Positions 26,445-37,234 of a stretch of DNA of 64,000 nt are shown here, piece by piece. Every line of letters begins with the position of its first letter. Within the stretch, counting starts at the first letter, position 1. The translations under genes and the position numbers were made by a program. The notes beneath the pieces are model-generated. The model worked only from the letters and a program-made list of their open reading frames with translations, ran no database searches and was not told the DNA's origin. This DNA comes from Bdellovibrionia bacterium (GTDB lineage Bacteria; Bdellovibrionota; Bdellovibrionia; Bdellovibrionales; JAGQZY01): assembly GCA_030427805.1 (NCBI GenBank), contig JAUICP010000003.1:515758-579757 (forward strand), given 5' to 3'.

Positions 26445-27389
26445 CTATTTTTCAGCGTTTTCGCGGGCCTTATTCTTCTTTTTTGACTCTTCAATGAGGA
26501 TCAGGGTTTCTTCAATATAGGGTTGAATATCTGGTGGAGGCCCCACCAGGGGCAAGCCTTGTTTTTTTCTCTCGGCATTGAGGGCATCGTAAAGCGAGAG
26601 AAGGCGCCTTACAATTCGATCTTGGCCAAGCCCCCTTCTACCGCTGCGAATGGCCCCTTCGAGAACCGAAATTCCCAATTCCGAGCGACCCGAAACTGAG
26701 TAGAGTTTTGCCGACAGGGAGTGAACCCAAGTTGGAGCCCCCTTCTTTCCGGCTTGATCAAGAAGGTAGGCGGCTCTGCGAGGCTCTTGTAACTCGTAAA
26801 GGTAGTGATAGGCCGCTCGATAAGCCATGGTCCAATCATTAGGAAATTGCTTAACCCCTTTATCGAAAAGCCTGCGCGCGCCCTCGCGATCGTCGACTAC
26901 AATACTTAAAAAAGTAGCGCCAGAGATGAATGCAATATCAAACTTAGGTGATAGGTCGGTGATTCGATCGAGCATGTGATAGACCCAGCCCAAGCGACAC
27001 CGTGAAGGCTTAAGTTTTTTCCCCAAGACTTCATCGACATTGTCTTTCAATTCATTGCTAGATCCACTCTTCTGGTCTTCGTCCTTTTCTGCTGAAGGAT
27101 TTTCAGGTTCTTTTTTTTTGGCGACGCGATTGGTGTCAATTCTGAAGTCACTCGAAATCGTTTTTTGCTCACAGAGATCCAGGTTTTGCACAACCCGTAG
27201 CCAAAGTGAGTCGGCCAAAAATTCTTTGTAGCCAAAGTGAAAATGAACAATGTCTTTAGGGGGAATTAAGTATATATCCGAAGATTTGCGCGAGTCTTTA
27301 TGTAAAAACTGCTTTGAGATTGTGATACCAGAAGCACCCAAAACAAATAGCATTAGCAATAATATTACGGTTTTCTTCTGACCCTTCAT
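26445..27389 (-). CDS. membrane-anchored protein with TPR-like helical repeats, unknown function
   Basis: N-terminal signal anchor and a helical repeat-like C-terminal half. No catalytic motif seen. Confidence 0.5.
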   Translation of the reverse strand: MKGQKKTVILLLMLFVLGASGITISKQFLHKDSRKSSDIYLIPPKDIVHFHFGYKEFLADSLWLRVVQNLDLCEQKTISSDFRIDTNRVAKKKEPENPSAEKDEDQKSGSSNELKDNVDEVLGKKLKPSRCRLGWVYHMLDRITDLSPKFDIAFISGATFLSIVVDDREGARRLFDKGVKQFPNDWTMAYRAAYHYLYELQEPRRAAYLLDQAGKKGAPTWVHSLSAKLYSVSGRSELGISVLEGAIRSGRRGLGQDRIVRRLLSLYDALNAERKKQGLPLVGPPPDIQPYIEETLILIEESKKKNKARENAEK

Positions 27390-27449
27390 TAAGCTTGAGC
27401 TTACAAAATGGGTTTCACCGAAGCAAGATCAAAACGGGGTTTCAAAAGT

Positions 27450-27478
27450 AAAAACCCCCAAGCATGGAACTTGGGGGT
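27450..27478 (-). terminator. rho-independent terminator after the pilin gene
   Basis: The minus strand reads CCCCCAAG-ttccatg-CTTGGGGG followed by TTTTT. Confidence 0.75.
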
Positions 27479-27510
27479 TGAATTACACTAATTTGATTAA
27501 ATCGGTCTGA

Positions 27511-28050
27511 TTAAGGGAGACCGTTTGATACGACCGCAAAAGCTTTGTTTTGGTCAATACTCCACTCATCGGCAGCAGCACCGTTCAAATCAGCTGCGGC
27601 ATGAGCTAAGAAGGCATTTCTAGTCGTGGTCGATGAACCCGTCGGAGCTGATACAGAAAGACCTTCAGTCCAACCAGAATATCCAGCTGTGGCACAAGCA
27701 ACGTTAGTTGCGATACAAGCAGCTTCAGTCGTCATACCAACTGCTGCAGGAGCAGAACCATCGTTGGCACCAACTAAACGGTAGGCCACTTCACCTTCAG
27801 GCTTGTACCCGATCGATACAAAGTCACCGTAATAGTAAGTAAACTCTGCATGGGTTGCTTTCATCGCCTGATAGTAACCAGAAAGAAGTGCTTGTCCTGC
27901 TTTTTGACGAGCTCTTGCCTGGAAACGCTGAAAGTTTGGAATCGCAATTGTTGCTAGAATTCCGAGGATCGCCACAACCACCATCAACTCGATGAGTGAG
28001 AAACCTTCTTCATTCTTAGCTTGCTGAAAACGTTCAAAAAACTTCTTCAT
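27511..28050 (-). CDS. pilA: type IV pilin (PilA-like)
   Basis: The leader ends in G followed by FSLIELMVVVAILGILATIAIPNF, the class III signal with Glu5. Start set at the internal Met (GGGGGA RBS). Confidence 0.9.
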   Translation of the reverse strand: MKKFFERFQQAKNEEGFSLIELMVVVAILGILATIAIPNFQRFQARARQKAGQALLSGYYQAMKATHAEFTYYYGDFVSIGYKPEGEVAYRLVGANDGSAPAAVGMTTEAACIATNVACATAGYSGWTEGLSVSAPTGSSTTTRNAFLAHAAADLNGAAADEWSIDQNKAFAVVSNGLP

Positions 28051-28115
28051 TTTTCCCCCTATGGAAAACATAGATTATTAAGTTATCTATCGTATCGTAG
28101 ACAAATAAAGTTTAG

Positions 28116-28131
28116 AGCAAAGTGATTGCCA
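28116..28131 (-). promoter_or_regulatory. sigma-54 (-24/-12) promoter upstream of pilA
   Basis: The minus strand reads TGGCAATCACTTTGCT, which has exact consensus spacing for TGGCAC-N5-TTGCW. It lies 65 nt upstream of the pilA ATG. Confidence 0.6.
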
Positions 28132-28615
28132 AACTTTCGTTTCAGGTCGATACAAACTACAACTCCATTGTTTATGAATTCGGGAAAAACGGAACTCATT
28201 TGGCAAAAACTAGACTCAATCTGAATCACTATGAAACGCGCTCCCCGTAACGTTTTAAGCCGTCAAAAAGTTCGCCAGCAGCAAAGTATTTAATTTCTAT
28301 AAAGAAACTCCAAATGGAACTTAAAATGTCAGGCTTTCTCCACAGAAAAGGACCATTTCTGTCACTCGACCAAAGCTATACCGGTCTGAACTCGAATGTG
28401 AATTTGAAAAATGACTCAGTCTCTCAGCAAATCCTGGATATTCTTGGTTTGAGACACCTCAACCCGGCTATCAGTTTCGTAAATTTCGAGTCTTATCAAT
28501 TACGTGATCGCTCCCCGAATTAGCAGAATTACGCAGAAGCCCTAGACTAGACCAAAGGGACATTGCTTTTTACTATAGAGACACCATATTGTGATTAGGA
28601 GGGCTTGAAACAGCC

Positions 28616-29011
28616 ATGGAAGATGTGAATAGACTCGAAGAATTGTTAATTCAAAACTCTATTAAACCAGTGACGAACTCTTCAATTTTGCGGGGAGAAT
28701 CGGACCAGGATCCAGATAGTCAAACCGGAACCGGAGTACTCACTCGTCCTACTACAAAACAGCCCAAGCAATATAAAGTTCTATTGCTTAACGATGATTA
28801 CACACCCATGGATTTTGTCGTCTACATCATAAAAAAATATTTTAAGAAGTCGACGACCGAAGCCACACAAATCATGATGGATGTTCATCAAAAGGGCTCT
28901 GGAGTGGCTGGAACCTATAGTTTTGAAATTGCTGAGATGAAATCGTTTCAGGTTAATCAAGATGCAAAAAGAAACAAGCACCCTCTTAAATCTGTTATTG
29001 AAGAAGCTTAG
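28616..29011 (+). CDS. clpS: ATP-dependent Clp protease adaptor ClpS (with ~40-aa N-terminal extension)
   Basis: YKVLLLNDDYTPMDFVVYIIKKYF...ATQIMMDVHQKGSGVAG is the ClpS core. It lies directly upstream of clpA. Confidence 0.9.
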   Translation: MEDVNRLEELLIQNSIKPVTNSSILRGESDQDPDSQTGTGVLTRPTTKQPKQYKVLLLNDDYTPMDFVVYIIKKYFKKSTTEATQIMMDVHQKGSGVAGTYSFEIAEMKSFQVNQDAKRNKHPLKSVIEEA

Positions 29012-29020
29012 GAGATACTA

Positions 29021-31309
29021 ATGCTCAGTTCTAACTTAGAAAAAAGACTCAATGCTGCCGCTGACTTTGCGAAGACCAGTGGACATGAATTCGTGAGTCT
29101 CGAACATATATTGAGATTTCTACTCGATGATGCTGAGGCCATCGAGATCCTCGCTCACTGCGGCGCGAACATCGACGAGTTAAAGACTAAGCTCGATAAA
29201 TTCATTGATGAAAACTGTCCTCTGATCGATGAAAGCGGAGATGATTACTCCGATGATTGGAAGCCGGAGTTTACCCTTGCCTGCCATCGACTTTTACAAC
29301 GAGCGGTCATTCAAGTTCAGAGTGCCGGAAGAGATATGGTCACTATTGGGCACATTCTCGTAGCCCTTTTTGACGAAAGAGAAAGCCACGCCGTTTTCTT
29401 TTTAGAAGAACAAGGCGTTAACCAATTTGATATTATCAACTTCATTTCCCACGGAGTAAAACGACTTCAGCACAGCGTTCAAAGTCGTCCCGGAGATGAG
29501 TCTTCTGAATCTTCAGGAACTATGGGTAAATCGGCCCTAGAAGCCTATTGCGTAAACTTGAACGAAAAGGCCATCGAAGGAAAAACCGACCCCCTCATCG
29601 GTCGCGATGAGGTTATCGAGCGCATGATTCAAGTTCTCTGTCGACGCACTAAGAATAATCCTCTGCTTATTGGAGAGCCTGGTGTTGGTAAAACGGCCAT
29701 TGCCGACGGCTTAGCCCAAAGAATCGTCGATCGCGAAGTTCCCGAAAGACTCTACAATGCAGAAATATTCGCTCTCGATATGGGTTTAGTCCTTGCGGGA
29801 ACAAAGTTTCGCGGTGACTTTGAAGAACGTCTCAAAGGAATTTTGGCCGAACTCAAAGAAAGAGAAAACGGTATTATTTTTATCGATGAAATCCACACTC
29901 TGATTGGTGCAGGAGCCACGAGTGGTGGATCCATGGACGCATCTAACCTACTGAAACCCGGTCTTGCCAGTGGAGAATTGAGTTGTATCGGCTCGACAAC
30001 CTACAAAGAATACCGTCAGTACTTCGAAAAAGATCGAGCACTGACTCGACGTTTTCAAAAAATCGACATCAAAGAACCAACCCAAGAAGAAGCCATTGAT
30101 ATTTTAAAGGGACTTAAACCCAGATACGAAAAATTTCACAATGTTCGCTATTCTGAAGAAGCCCTCGAGAAGGCTGTAGAACTCTCGGCACGATATATTC
30201 CCGCTCGTTTCTTACCCGACAAAGCCATTGATGTTATGGACGAAGTCGGAGCTCAAGCATCAATTAAGAATAGTGGTAACGAAGATCCCGTTGAGATCAA
30301 CCTGCAGGATATTGAGAAAGTCATCTCTTCAATCGCCCAAGTTCCCACTCAAAGTGTTTCTTCAAACGATAAGGATCGCCTCAGACAACTCAGCTTTAGT
30401 TTGAAGTCACTGATTTTTGGACAAGACAAGGCTATAGATGCTCTCGCTGCTTCAATCAAGGCGTCGCGCTCTGGTTTGGGACGAGAAGATAAACCCATTG
30501 GTTCGTTTCTCTTCGCTGGACCAACGGGAGTGGGAAAAACTGAAGTTACAAAACAACTGGCCAAATACTTGGGCAATAAATTGATCCGCTTTGACATGTC
30601 AGAATACATGGAAAAGCATGCTGTTTCTCGCCTGGTCGGAGCGCCTCCGGGATATGTGGGTTATGAAGAAGGCGGATTGTTGACCGAAGAAGTTGTAAAA
30701 AACCCTTACTCGGTTGTTTTACTGGATGAAATTGAAAAGGCCCACCCCGACCTCATCAATATTCTTCTCCAAGTTCTGGATAATGGAAGTTTAACTGATC
30801 CTCACGGTAAGGTCGCTGACTTCAGAAATACAATTATCATTATGACCACCAATGCGGGAGCCCGCGAAGCCGCCAAATCTGGAATTGGTATTAATCCACC
30901 AAGCCCTGAAGGCATCTCGGATGAGGCTATTAAACGAGTCTTTGCTCCCGAGTTTATCAATCGACTCGACTCCATCATTCACTTTGGACCACTCACAGAA
31001 GACGTCGTTTTAAGGGTTGTCGACAAATTCATACTCGAACTTGGAACACAGCTAGCGAAGCAAAATGTAGATATTGTCGTTTCTGAAAAGGCGAGAACGT
31101 GGCTTGTCGAAAAAGGTTATGATCCCGTTTATGGTGCTCGTCCCATGGCACGAGCCATCGACAAACACCTTAAGACTCCGCTCATTGACGAGATCCTTTT
31201 TGGTAAGCTCGAAAAAGGCGGAAAGGTGAGTGTCGATCTCGTTAAGGGAGATTTGAAATTTAAGTTTGAAACCCGTGAGAAAAAGAAGGAGGAGGCGAAG
31301 GTTAAGTAA
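29021..31309 (+). CDS. clpA: ATP-dependent Clp protease ATP-binding subunit ClpA
   Basis: Clp N-domain and two AAA+ modules: GEPGVGKT with IIFIDEIH, and GPTGVGKT with [11 protein letters not shown]. No middle (M) domain, so ClpA rather than ClpB. Confidence 0.97.
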   Translation: MLSSNLEKRLNAAADFAKTSGHEFVSLEHILRFLLDDAEAIEILAHCGANIDELKTKLDKFIDENCPLIDESGDDYSDDWKPEFTLACHRLLQRAVIQVQSAGRDMVTIGHILVALFDERESHAVFFLEEQGVNQFDIINFISHGVKRLQHSVQSRPGDESSESSGTMGKSALEAYCVNLNEKAIEGKTDPLIGRDEVIERMIQVLCRRTKNNPLLIGEPGVGKTAIADGLAQRIVDREVPERLYNAEIFALDMGLVLAGTKFRGDFEERLKGILAELKERENGIIFIDEIHTLIGAGATSGGSMDASNLLKPGLASGELSCIGSTTYKEYRQYFEKDRALTRRFQKIDIKEPTQEEAIDILKGLKPRYEKFHNVRYSEEALEKAVELSARYIPARFLPDKAIDVMDEVGAQASIKNSGNEDPVEINLQDIEKVISSIAQVPTQSVSSNDKDRLRQLSFSLKSLIFGQDKAIDALAASIKASRSGLGREDKPIGSFLFAGPTGVGKTEVTKQLAKYLGNKLIRFDMSEYMEKHAVSRLVGAPPGYVGYEEGGLLTEEVVKNPYSVVLLDEIEKAHPDLINILLQVLDNGSLTDPHGKVADFRNTIIIMTTNAGAREAAKSGIGINPPSPEGISDEAIKRVFAPEFINRLDSIIHFGPLTEDVVLRVVDKFILELGTQLAKQNVDIVVSEKARTWLVEKGYDPVYGARPMARAIDKHLKTPLIDEILFGKLEKGGKVSVDLVKGDLKFKFETREKKKEEAKVK

Positions 31310-31334
31310 ACTGAGCTCAATCCAAATTAAAAAC

Positions 31335-31370
31335 AAAAAAGCCTTTGGTTTGAACCAAAGGCTTTTTTTA
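31335..31370. terminator. bidirectional rho-independent terminator between convergent clpA and the gliding-type operon
   Basis: AAAAAA-GCCTTTGG-tttgaa-CCAAAGGC-TTTTTTT. Confidence 0.8.
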
Positions 31371-31394
31371 TTTATGGCACTTTAAGCTTTGCGA

Positions 31395-32522
31395 TCAAAG
31401 GCGATTGGCTCGGCCATTTCCTAAGTTCGTTAAATCAACAGGCTTGTAAGTAATATTAATTTTAGCACCGTCTTCTTGTTTCAAGTCAGTACCACCATTA
31501 ATAATAATCGCCACTTGATCAGGGTCATAGGTCCAACCGACATTGTCATCCGCTGGAATGAGCTGCTGACCGTAGCGCACTTCAATAGTCTCAAATTCAG
31601 GTCTGTGCTGTAGCGGAATGACCTTACGAGTCGCTTTCTTCAATATCTCGATACCAAAGTCAGCCAATCGGTCACCATAATTTGTTTCACAAAGACTCAG
31701 GATTCGACCATTGGTTTCATGAAGAAACTCTTCAATCGCAATCGGATCCCCCGACGGGTCTTTGGCACAACCAGAGTCGGTCGGAGAAATAACTCCATAG
31801 GTTGAAAACCGTTCCATCGCAGGGTCATCTTTTAAACTTCTCAAAAATTGAGCCACCTGCTGAGGAGTAAAATTGGGACTTAAATCGTTCGCATCCGTAA
31901 TTAATACGATCGCTAAGTGTGCTTCTGGTCGATAAAAACCAGCATTCGGCCCCATCAGCATACTTTCTGAAAAAGCAGAAACGATCGGAGAAAGAGATTC
32001 TTCAAATTCGGGTCCCCCCTCAACAAGGGGCTGTACACCGAGCTTAAGCGAAGATCTCAATACTCCGAGGTAGTCACTATCTCCTCGAGACAAATATGGA
32101 GGACGATCGAGTAGAACACCCTGCCCATCCTCTGTTTTCAAGGGGCGCAATTGCCCATTGGGGTACCGATTATTTTGTTCGTCATACTCGGTCAATATGC
32201 CGAAGCGCTGGGTATCATAGACCGATGTAATACCAATATGAAAATCAAGGACTTCATTTTGGGCAAAACCAGCCACAAAGCGATCAATATTTTGACTCAA
32301 CTTCACTTGGTCATCATCCATAGACATCGAATTATCAATAATGAAAAGGATGTCGACCTGGGGGTTGTACTCGATCTCGAGTCCAGAATCCTGAAGTTTC
32401 ACCACCGAAATTTCTTGCGGAGGTGCCATGAGCTCGGGCGATTCGTTACTACAAGCCACAAGCCCGAGTAAGAAAAAAGTGAATATAAATTTTGAAACTG
32501 TAGACTTCATTGGATTTCTCAT
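31395..32522 (-). CDS. lipoprotein with von Willebrand factor A-like domain
   Basis: Lipobox LVAC. DILFIIDNSMSMDDD carries the MIDAS motif DxSxS. Confidence 0.7.
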   Translation of the reverse strand: MRNPMKSTVSKFIFTFFLLGLVACSNESPELMAPPQEISVVKLQDSGLEIEYNPQVDILFIIDNSMSMDDDQVKLSQNIDRFVAGFAQNEVLDFHIGITSVYDTQRFGILTEYDEQNNRYPNGQLRPLKTEDGQGVLLDRPPYLSRGDSDYLGVLRSSLKLGVQPLVEGGPEFEESLSPIVSAFSESMLMGPNAGFYRPEAHLAIVLITDANDLSPNFTPQQVAQFLRSLKDDPAMERFSTYGVISPTDSGCAKDPSGDPIAIEEFLHETNGRILSLCETNYGDRLADFGIEILKKATRKVIPLQHRPEFETIEVRYGQQLIPADDNVGWTYDPDQVAIIINGGTDLKQEDGAKINITYKPVDLTNLGNGRANRL

Positions 32523-34012
32523 CTGCGGACCTCCCTAGCCGTCGGACAAGACTGAAGATTCACTTGATAGTTATCAAGCTCATCAAGCCAAACTTCTTCG
32601 TTGGCTGGAAAGGTCAAAACCTCTCCTTCAACCTTGTGATCTTCGAACTGACCCTTCATTGGTGCAGACTCCAATTGGTGAGCATACAATCTTTGAATCG
32701 TTTCAGCTTCGACAAGATGAAGTTTTTGCAACATGCGATTCATTTCACTGAGATCGCGCTTTGCAAGTAATTGAATTCTTCGAACAGCCTTCTGGCTGAG
32801 TGTCGAAGACATTTGCGCTTGGTTACTCGATATAGCGGACATTTCCGTATTCAGAAATGGGCCGGCCGGACTTGTCTGAATAATACCCATCGCTACTTTT
32901 GCTTCTAGACGTCTTTGTCCCGCCTCTTTAAGGGACGCGAGAAACTGCGCATCTCTATAAAACAAACGAGGAAGGTACTTCAAGTCACTTCCAACGACAC
33001 GCCAATCGAGACGACCTCTGATAAAATCATTAAGAGCTTTGATCGATTTCTCTGAGCGGCCATTTTGTGCAAGCTCTTGAATGATCTTAACTCGTGAACC
33101 AAAGGTCTTTTTGAAATCAGAAATCGACTTATAAACTTGCTTAAAGTCACAAAGTTTTAAGTTGATAAAAGTCTCTAAGAAAAAAGGCTCTGGTCCAACC
33201 GCAGGTGAAAACACAGGAGATGTTACCGTGCGCAACTTGCTGAGACTTCTATTGGGAAGTTTCAACTTTGCATAGGTCCACGCCGACTCTTCAACTGCTT
33301 CTAACCAGTAATCTGAGTCTTTGTCGACTCTCTCGTATATTCTCGCGGCTTCGGCATGACGACCCTGTTGATAGAGTCCTCGTCCCCAAGCTAGGTAAAT
33401 ACGATCTCCCGGAACGACGGCTTGGCCAGATGTAATGAGACTTTCAGCTAAGCGATGTCCCGCTTCATTTCTATCTTTCAAATAATTCCACAACATCAAT
33501 TGATATTGATACTGGGCTTTAAAGTTCTTGTCTGGAATTCTACGAATGATCCCAGCTACTTGGTTGGCTTCTCTTTGTGAGCCAATTCCGCGACCGTTAA
33601 GGGAGATCAGTTTTTGAATGTATGAAATCGGAAAAATCGAATTGAACTTATTCTTACCACGTAGATTAACCATCTCCCAAGTCCAGTGGTAAGGAGGCAT
33701 TGTCTTATAAACTTCTTTCTTTAGCGGAGCATCAATGAGATTCGGTCGACGAATCTTTAGAACCTGCTCAAGTCCCGCCAATGGCATTCCAGCTTTGAAG
33801 GTTAAAATTCCAAAAAGCGCTCGACCCGACGGCGACGTCGCGTAACGAGTTCCCGCATAATCAGAGTCCCAAGCTTGGAGCGCAGAGGTATATCGTGAGG
33901 CGGCCACTTGCTTCTTTACCATTCCTGTTTTTCCAACAGGAACTAAATCAGCTTTTAGGCCATACGCCGTTGAGCAAAAACTGAGGAGTAAAACAAGAGC
34001 CAAATTCTTCAT
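32519..34012 (-). CDS. secreted helical-repeat protein (GltC-like position), unknown function
   Basis: Signal peptide and TPR-like segments (GRHAEAARIYERV..). 4-nt overlaps with both neighbouring genes. Confidence 0.55.
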   Translation of the reverse strand: MKNLALVLLLSFCSTAYGLKADLVPVGKTGMVKKQVAASRYTSALQAWDSDYAGTRYATSPSGRALFGILTFKAGMPLAGLEQVLKIRRPNLIDAPLKKEVYKTMPPYHWTWEMVNLRGKNKFNSIFPISYIQKLISLNGRGIGSQREANQVAGIIRRIPDKNFKAQYQYQLMLWNYLKDRNEAGHRLAESLITSGQAVVPGDRIYLAWGRGLYQQGRHAEAARIYERVDKDSDYWLEAVEESAWTYAKLKLPNRSLSKLRTVTSPVFSPAVGPEPFFLETFINLKLCDFKQVYKSISDFKKTFGSRVKIIQELAQNGRSEKSIKALNDFIRGRLDWRVVGSDLKYLPRLFYRDAQFLASLKEAGQRRLEAKVAMGIIQTSPAGPFLNTEMSAISSNQAQMSSTLSQKAVRRIQLLAKRDLSEMNRMLQKLHLVEAETIQRLYAHQLESAPMKGQFEDHKVEGEVLTFPANEEVWLDELDNYQVNLQSCPTAREVRR

Positions 34013-34725
34013 AACATAAACCCTATTGAAGCAGAGGCAGTGGTCAAATTGAGATCGCGACTACCGGTAAAAACTTGGTCCTGGTAATTTTCCCAGCGAA
34101 GTTCAAACCGAGCACTAAAGTGCTGAGCGAGCCACAAACCAATTCCGCCGCCAGCAGTGATTGTTGGAGATGTTCCTGACTCGAGTTTAGTCTGGCCATA
34201 TCCGGCAAGACCATAAACGTCGAACTGAGCAACACCCATATCAAACATATTCACTTTTCCATAAAGTGGGTAAAAAGAAATAACAGCCAACGTCGTATTT
34301 AAAGGAACATCCACATCGGGAACATCAAAATTGTTGTTCTGAACTCGTGCTGTATTGGCTCGAGTGAAGACATCTTTTCCCTCTGCAGTTAGGCTATTAT
34401 AGTTTTCGTTATAACGAGCACCAATTGAAACTCTTGGTGTAATATGTAGGTCGATTAATCCACCAATGTGCTCTGTTTCTAAGTAAGCATTTCCGCCGGC
34501 AACGAGTCCACCCGTGATACCGAACTCAAGACGCCAGTTGCGGTCAACTGTTCTTCGCTGAACAATTCGTACCTTGCGATTTGAATTATAAGCTTTAGCT
34601 CGCTTAACAAGCTTCTTATTAGAACCCAATGATTCAAAATCATTAGATATATCCGCCTTCGCAAAACTAACGAAAGAAAGTAGTACGAATACTAGGTTAA
34701 TAGATACTAGAGTTGACCTCATCAC
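34009..34725 (-). CDS. outer-membrane beta-barrel protein (GltA/GltB-like)
   Basis: Signal peptide, amphipathic beta-strand alternation, C-terminal ...SASIGFML. Confidence 0.6.
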   Translation of the reverse strand: MMRSTLVSINLVFVLLSFVSFAKADISNDFESLGSNKKLVKRAKAYNSNRKVRIVQRRTVDRNWRLEFGITGGLVAGGNAYLETEHIGGLIDLHITPRVSIGARYNENYNSLTAEGKDVFTRANTARVQNNNFDVPDVDVPLNTTLAVISFYPLYGKVNMFDMGVAQFDVYGLAGYGQTKLESGTSPTITAGGGIGLWLAQHFSARFELRWENYQDQVFTGSRDLNLTTASASIGFML

Positions 34726-35681
34726 TCCGCTCCTTCAGTACACTGGGGTTGTGCAATAGCATTGTAATTAACAGTAATTACATGTTTCATTTCGGGAGAA
34801 GCCACGCCCGTAGGCCCGTAAGCTTTAAAGTTCATTCGAACTGGAAGGCTTCCCGCTTCATAAGGGTTTCCACCCTGGTTTCTATCTACAAAAACATTAT
34901 TTTTCAGATCGAGGGTGAAGAAGAATCTCCAAACATTGTTACCAATGCTTTCTGGCACTTGATTTTCAGTCGATCTTCTTACGAAAACAGCACCGTTACC
35001 TTCATATTTCTCTTTAGAATTTCCTGTACCGTTGAAATAGACATCTAATCGAGGAAGATTTCCGGCATGGGCTCCTGGAACACTGACATCAACAGTAAAT
35101 GCTTGCTGCTGACCTTCAGAAATTGAATCAGTGAGACCTGAAATCGCAATAACCTGAGGTGGCTCATAGGTCTTTCTGACCTTAAAGCTAAAATCAAAAC
35201 TCTTATTTAACTGAGACAATAGGTTTTCGTTTCGATCTCCTCCAAAATCAGTAATATCGATGGCCAAAGAGTAATAAACTTCTTTTTCAATTTGGTTATT
35301 CGTTGTGAAGCCTAAAGGTGGCTGCCAAGAAAGAATCCAAGTATTAGCCTCAGTATCACTTTTAGCCAGACTTGCGCCGTTTGGCAGGTCAGTGGCGACT
35401 AAATTATATTGAACTCCGGCTTGAAGGACTCGGGCCGTAATTTTAAAATCTGAACGAACACCTTCGACAAAGTTGATATCTTTTTCGGGAGAAATAACAA
35501 TGATTTCGCTCCCAACAAAATCTTGGGTTTCTAATTTTTGTTCGTGAGGAGGAACCGCTTCGTCACGAAGTTCTTCGAATTCGTCAAGAGGGTTCTGCTT
35601 TTTTCCCGAACAGGCCGACAATAAAAGAGCACAGCTCAATGCAAATGTTAATAATCCTTTAAACATACATACACTCCTCAT
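34722..35681 (-). CDS. lipoprotein, unknown function
   Basis: Lipobox LLSAC. Beta-rich sequence. Translationally coupled to its neighbours. Confidence 0.55.
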   Translation of the reverse strand: MRSVCMFKGLLTFALSCALLLSACSGKKQNPLDEFEELRDEAVPPHEQKLETQDFVGSEIIVISPEKDINFVEGVRSDFKITARVLQAGVQYNLVATDLPNGASLAKSDTEANTWILSWQPPLGFTTNNQIEKEVYYSLAIDITDFGGDRNENLLSQLNKSFDFSFKVRKTYEPPQVIAISGLTDSISEGQQQAFTVDVSVPGAHAGNLPRLDVYFNGTGNSKEKYEGNGAVFVRRSTENQVPESIGNNVWRFFFTLDLKNNVFVDRNQGGNPYEAGSLPVRMNFKAYGPTGVASPEMKHVITVNYNAIAQPQCTEGAE

Positions 35682-36961
35682 TAATTCAACCTTCTAAGAA
35701 CAAAAGGATAAGCAACTTTTACGTCAACATTTCCTTTTGGACGTGGGAACTGCCAAGTCTTCAAACGACTTACCATACAGTTCTCAACAGTTCGGTTTCT
35801 TAGACTGGTTTGCGCGACTCGAGCAGTTGTCACTCGACCCCGACCACCGATAACAAACTTCATACCTACTCGGCCACTAAGACCGGGCTTTCGTTGAAGT
35901 CCTTTTTCGTAACAATAAACAATTTCACCCATATGTTTTTCAATAACGGCAGCAATCTGGGATCGAGACAATCCACCTTCGACGACAGCTTCCGATGTGA
36001 CTGGTCTCGAAAAAGCCGCTGAAACACCAGATAGGTCTTTCTTTCCGTAACCATTTCTTCCGCCACCCTTACCACGGGTATTATAAGATCCGCCGCCACG
36101 GGCACCAGAACCAGAACCGATCCCGCCACCGGAGCGAACAGCTACAAGACCTTTATTATAAACAGCTCGAGATACTCCACCTCTCGCTCCTGCACCCAGT
36201 CCGGCAACACTACCAGACTTCAAGCGCCCAATATCCATTCCCGATTTTCCTCTAGCATTTGAATTGGGTCCACCCAAGACACCAAGGGCACCCATTTGAC
36301 CAAGACTGCGTTTTCTCGTTTTACTGCGACGCTTGGCTTGCGGACGAACATTTCTTTTTGTATTTTTAGCAATTGTACTTCTTTGCTTGCGTGCTTTCTT
36401 CGCCACAAGAGCTCGAGATTTCTTAACTCGCTTCTTCTTTTTAACAGTTTTCGCGTAACGACGTGCTTTTTTGATTTTCTTTTTGGCAGGCGCTACGACT
36501 CGACGACGTCTTTCTTTTTTAATTTGTTTAGGCTGCTTGAAAACTTCGACGATAACCTCTTCAGGCTCATCTTTAATTAATTCGGCAACACCCGTCGAGA
36601 GAAGAATTAAAACGACCAAACCAATGTGAACAATGGCCGACCACTTAAACAGGTGAGAGAATTGGTTGTTATTATCCTGTTGAAATGCATAGATCGGAGA
36701 TGTGTCTTCAACTTCAGTGACAACCTCTAGGGTTCCTAAACCAGTTAAGGCGTAGGGTCTGCGCACAACAGAGCTCAGAAGAACTTTGGGAACAAGAACA
36801 AAGTAATGATCTTCAAGTTTACCAGTAGCTGGTAGAAGTTCAATCCGCTTAGTTTCAAGATTTTTGGCGATTCTAAACGAACTGCCTTCTAAATTGAAAT
36901 AGCGAACAACTTGTCCATCCTTATTTTTTAAAACGAGTTTGGTTCCCTGAGCTAATCCCAT
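35681..36961 (-). CDS. TonB-like / AgmX-PglI C-terminal-domain protein (GltG/GltJ-like)
   Basis: Single TM helix, a long K/R-rich tract, then a G-rich tract. The C-terminal block is GGLSRSQIAAVIEKHMGEIVYCYEKGLQRKPGLSGRVGMKFVIGGRGRV...CMVSRLKTWQFPRP. Confidence 0.65.
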   Translation of the reverse strand: MGLAQGTKLVLKNKDGQVVRYFNLEGSSFRIAKNLETKRIELLPATGKLEDHYFVLVPKVLLSSVVRRPYALTGLGTLEVVTEVEDTSPIYAFQQDNNNQFSHLFKWSAIVHIGLVVLILLSTGVAELIKDEPEEVIVEVFKQPKQIKKERRRRVVAPAKKKIKKARRYAKTVKKKKRVKKSRALVAKKARKQRSTIAKNTKRNVRPQAKRRSKTRKRSLGQMGALGVLGGPNSNARGKSGMDIGRLKSGSVAGLGAGARGGVSRAVYNKGLVAVRSGGGIGSGSGARGGGSYNTRGKGGGRNGYGKKDLSGVSAAFSRPVTSEAVVEGGLSRSQIAAVIEKHMGEIVYCYEKGLQRKPGLSGRVGMKFVIGGRGRVTTARVAQTSLRNRTVENCMVSRLKTWQFPRPKGNVDVKVAYPFVLRRLN

Positions 36962-36970
36962 TACAACACC

Positions 36971-37234
36971 CTATTGTCTTCTTTGTTCCTGTCTAATTCG
37001 GTCTTTAAAGTCTGATCTCAACACCAAGATGTCTTTAAGGACTTTTTCGTCTTCGACAGTGACGACAGCTTCACCTGCCAACTGATACTTACCATTAACA
37101 TCGATCGCACTGAAGCGAACATCGCGACTGAGTTTTTCTTTCACAGCCCCGTGACTTTTTTTGCGCGCCTCTGCTTGAGCTAAGGCAAAAAACAAGATGA
37201 CAACTGTAAATGCGAGCTTCAAACTTCTTATCAT
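36971..37234 (-). CDS. small secreted protein
   Basis: Signal peptide ...ALAQAEA. 4-nt overlap with the upstream TPR gene. Confidence 0.5.
   Translation of the reverse strand: MIRSLKLAFTVVILFFALAQAEARKKSHGAVKEKLSRDVRFSAIDVNGKYQLAGEAVVTVEDEKVLKDILVLRSDFKDRIRQEQRRQ

Noticed and set aside
28314-28523. 69-aa ORF in the pilA-clpS intergenic region.
   Set aside because: It has no Shine-Dalgarno sequence, no motif and no signal peptide. It lies in a region more likely devoted to divergent promoters and enhancer sites.
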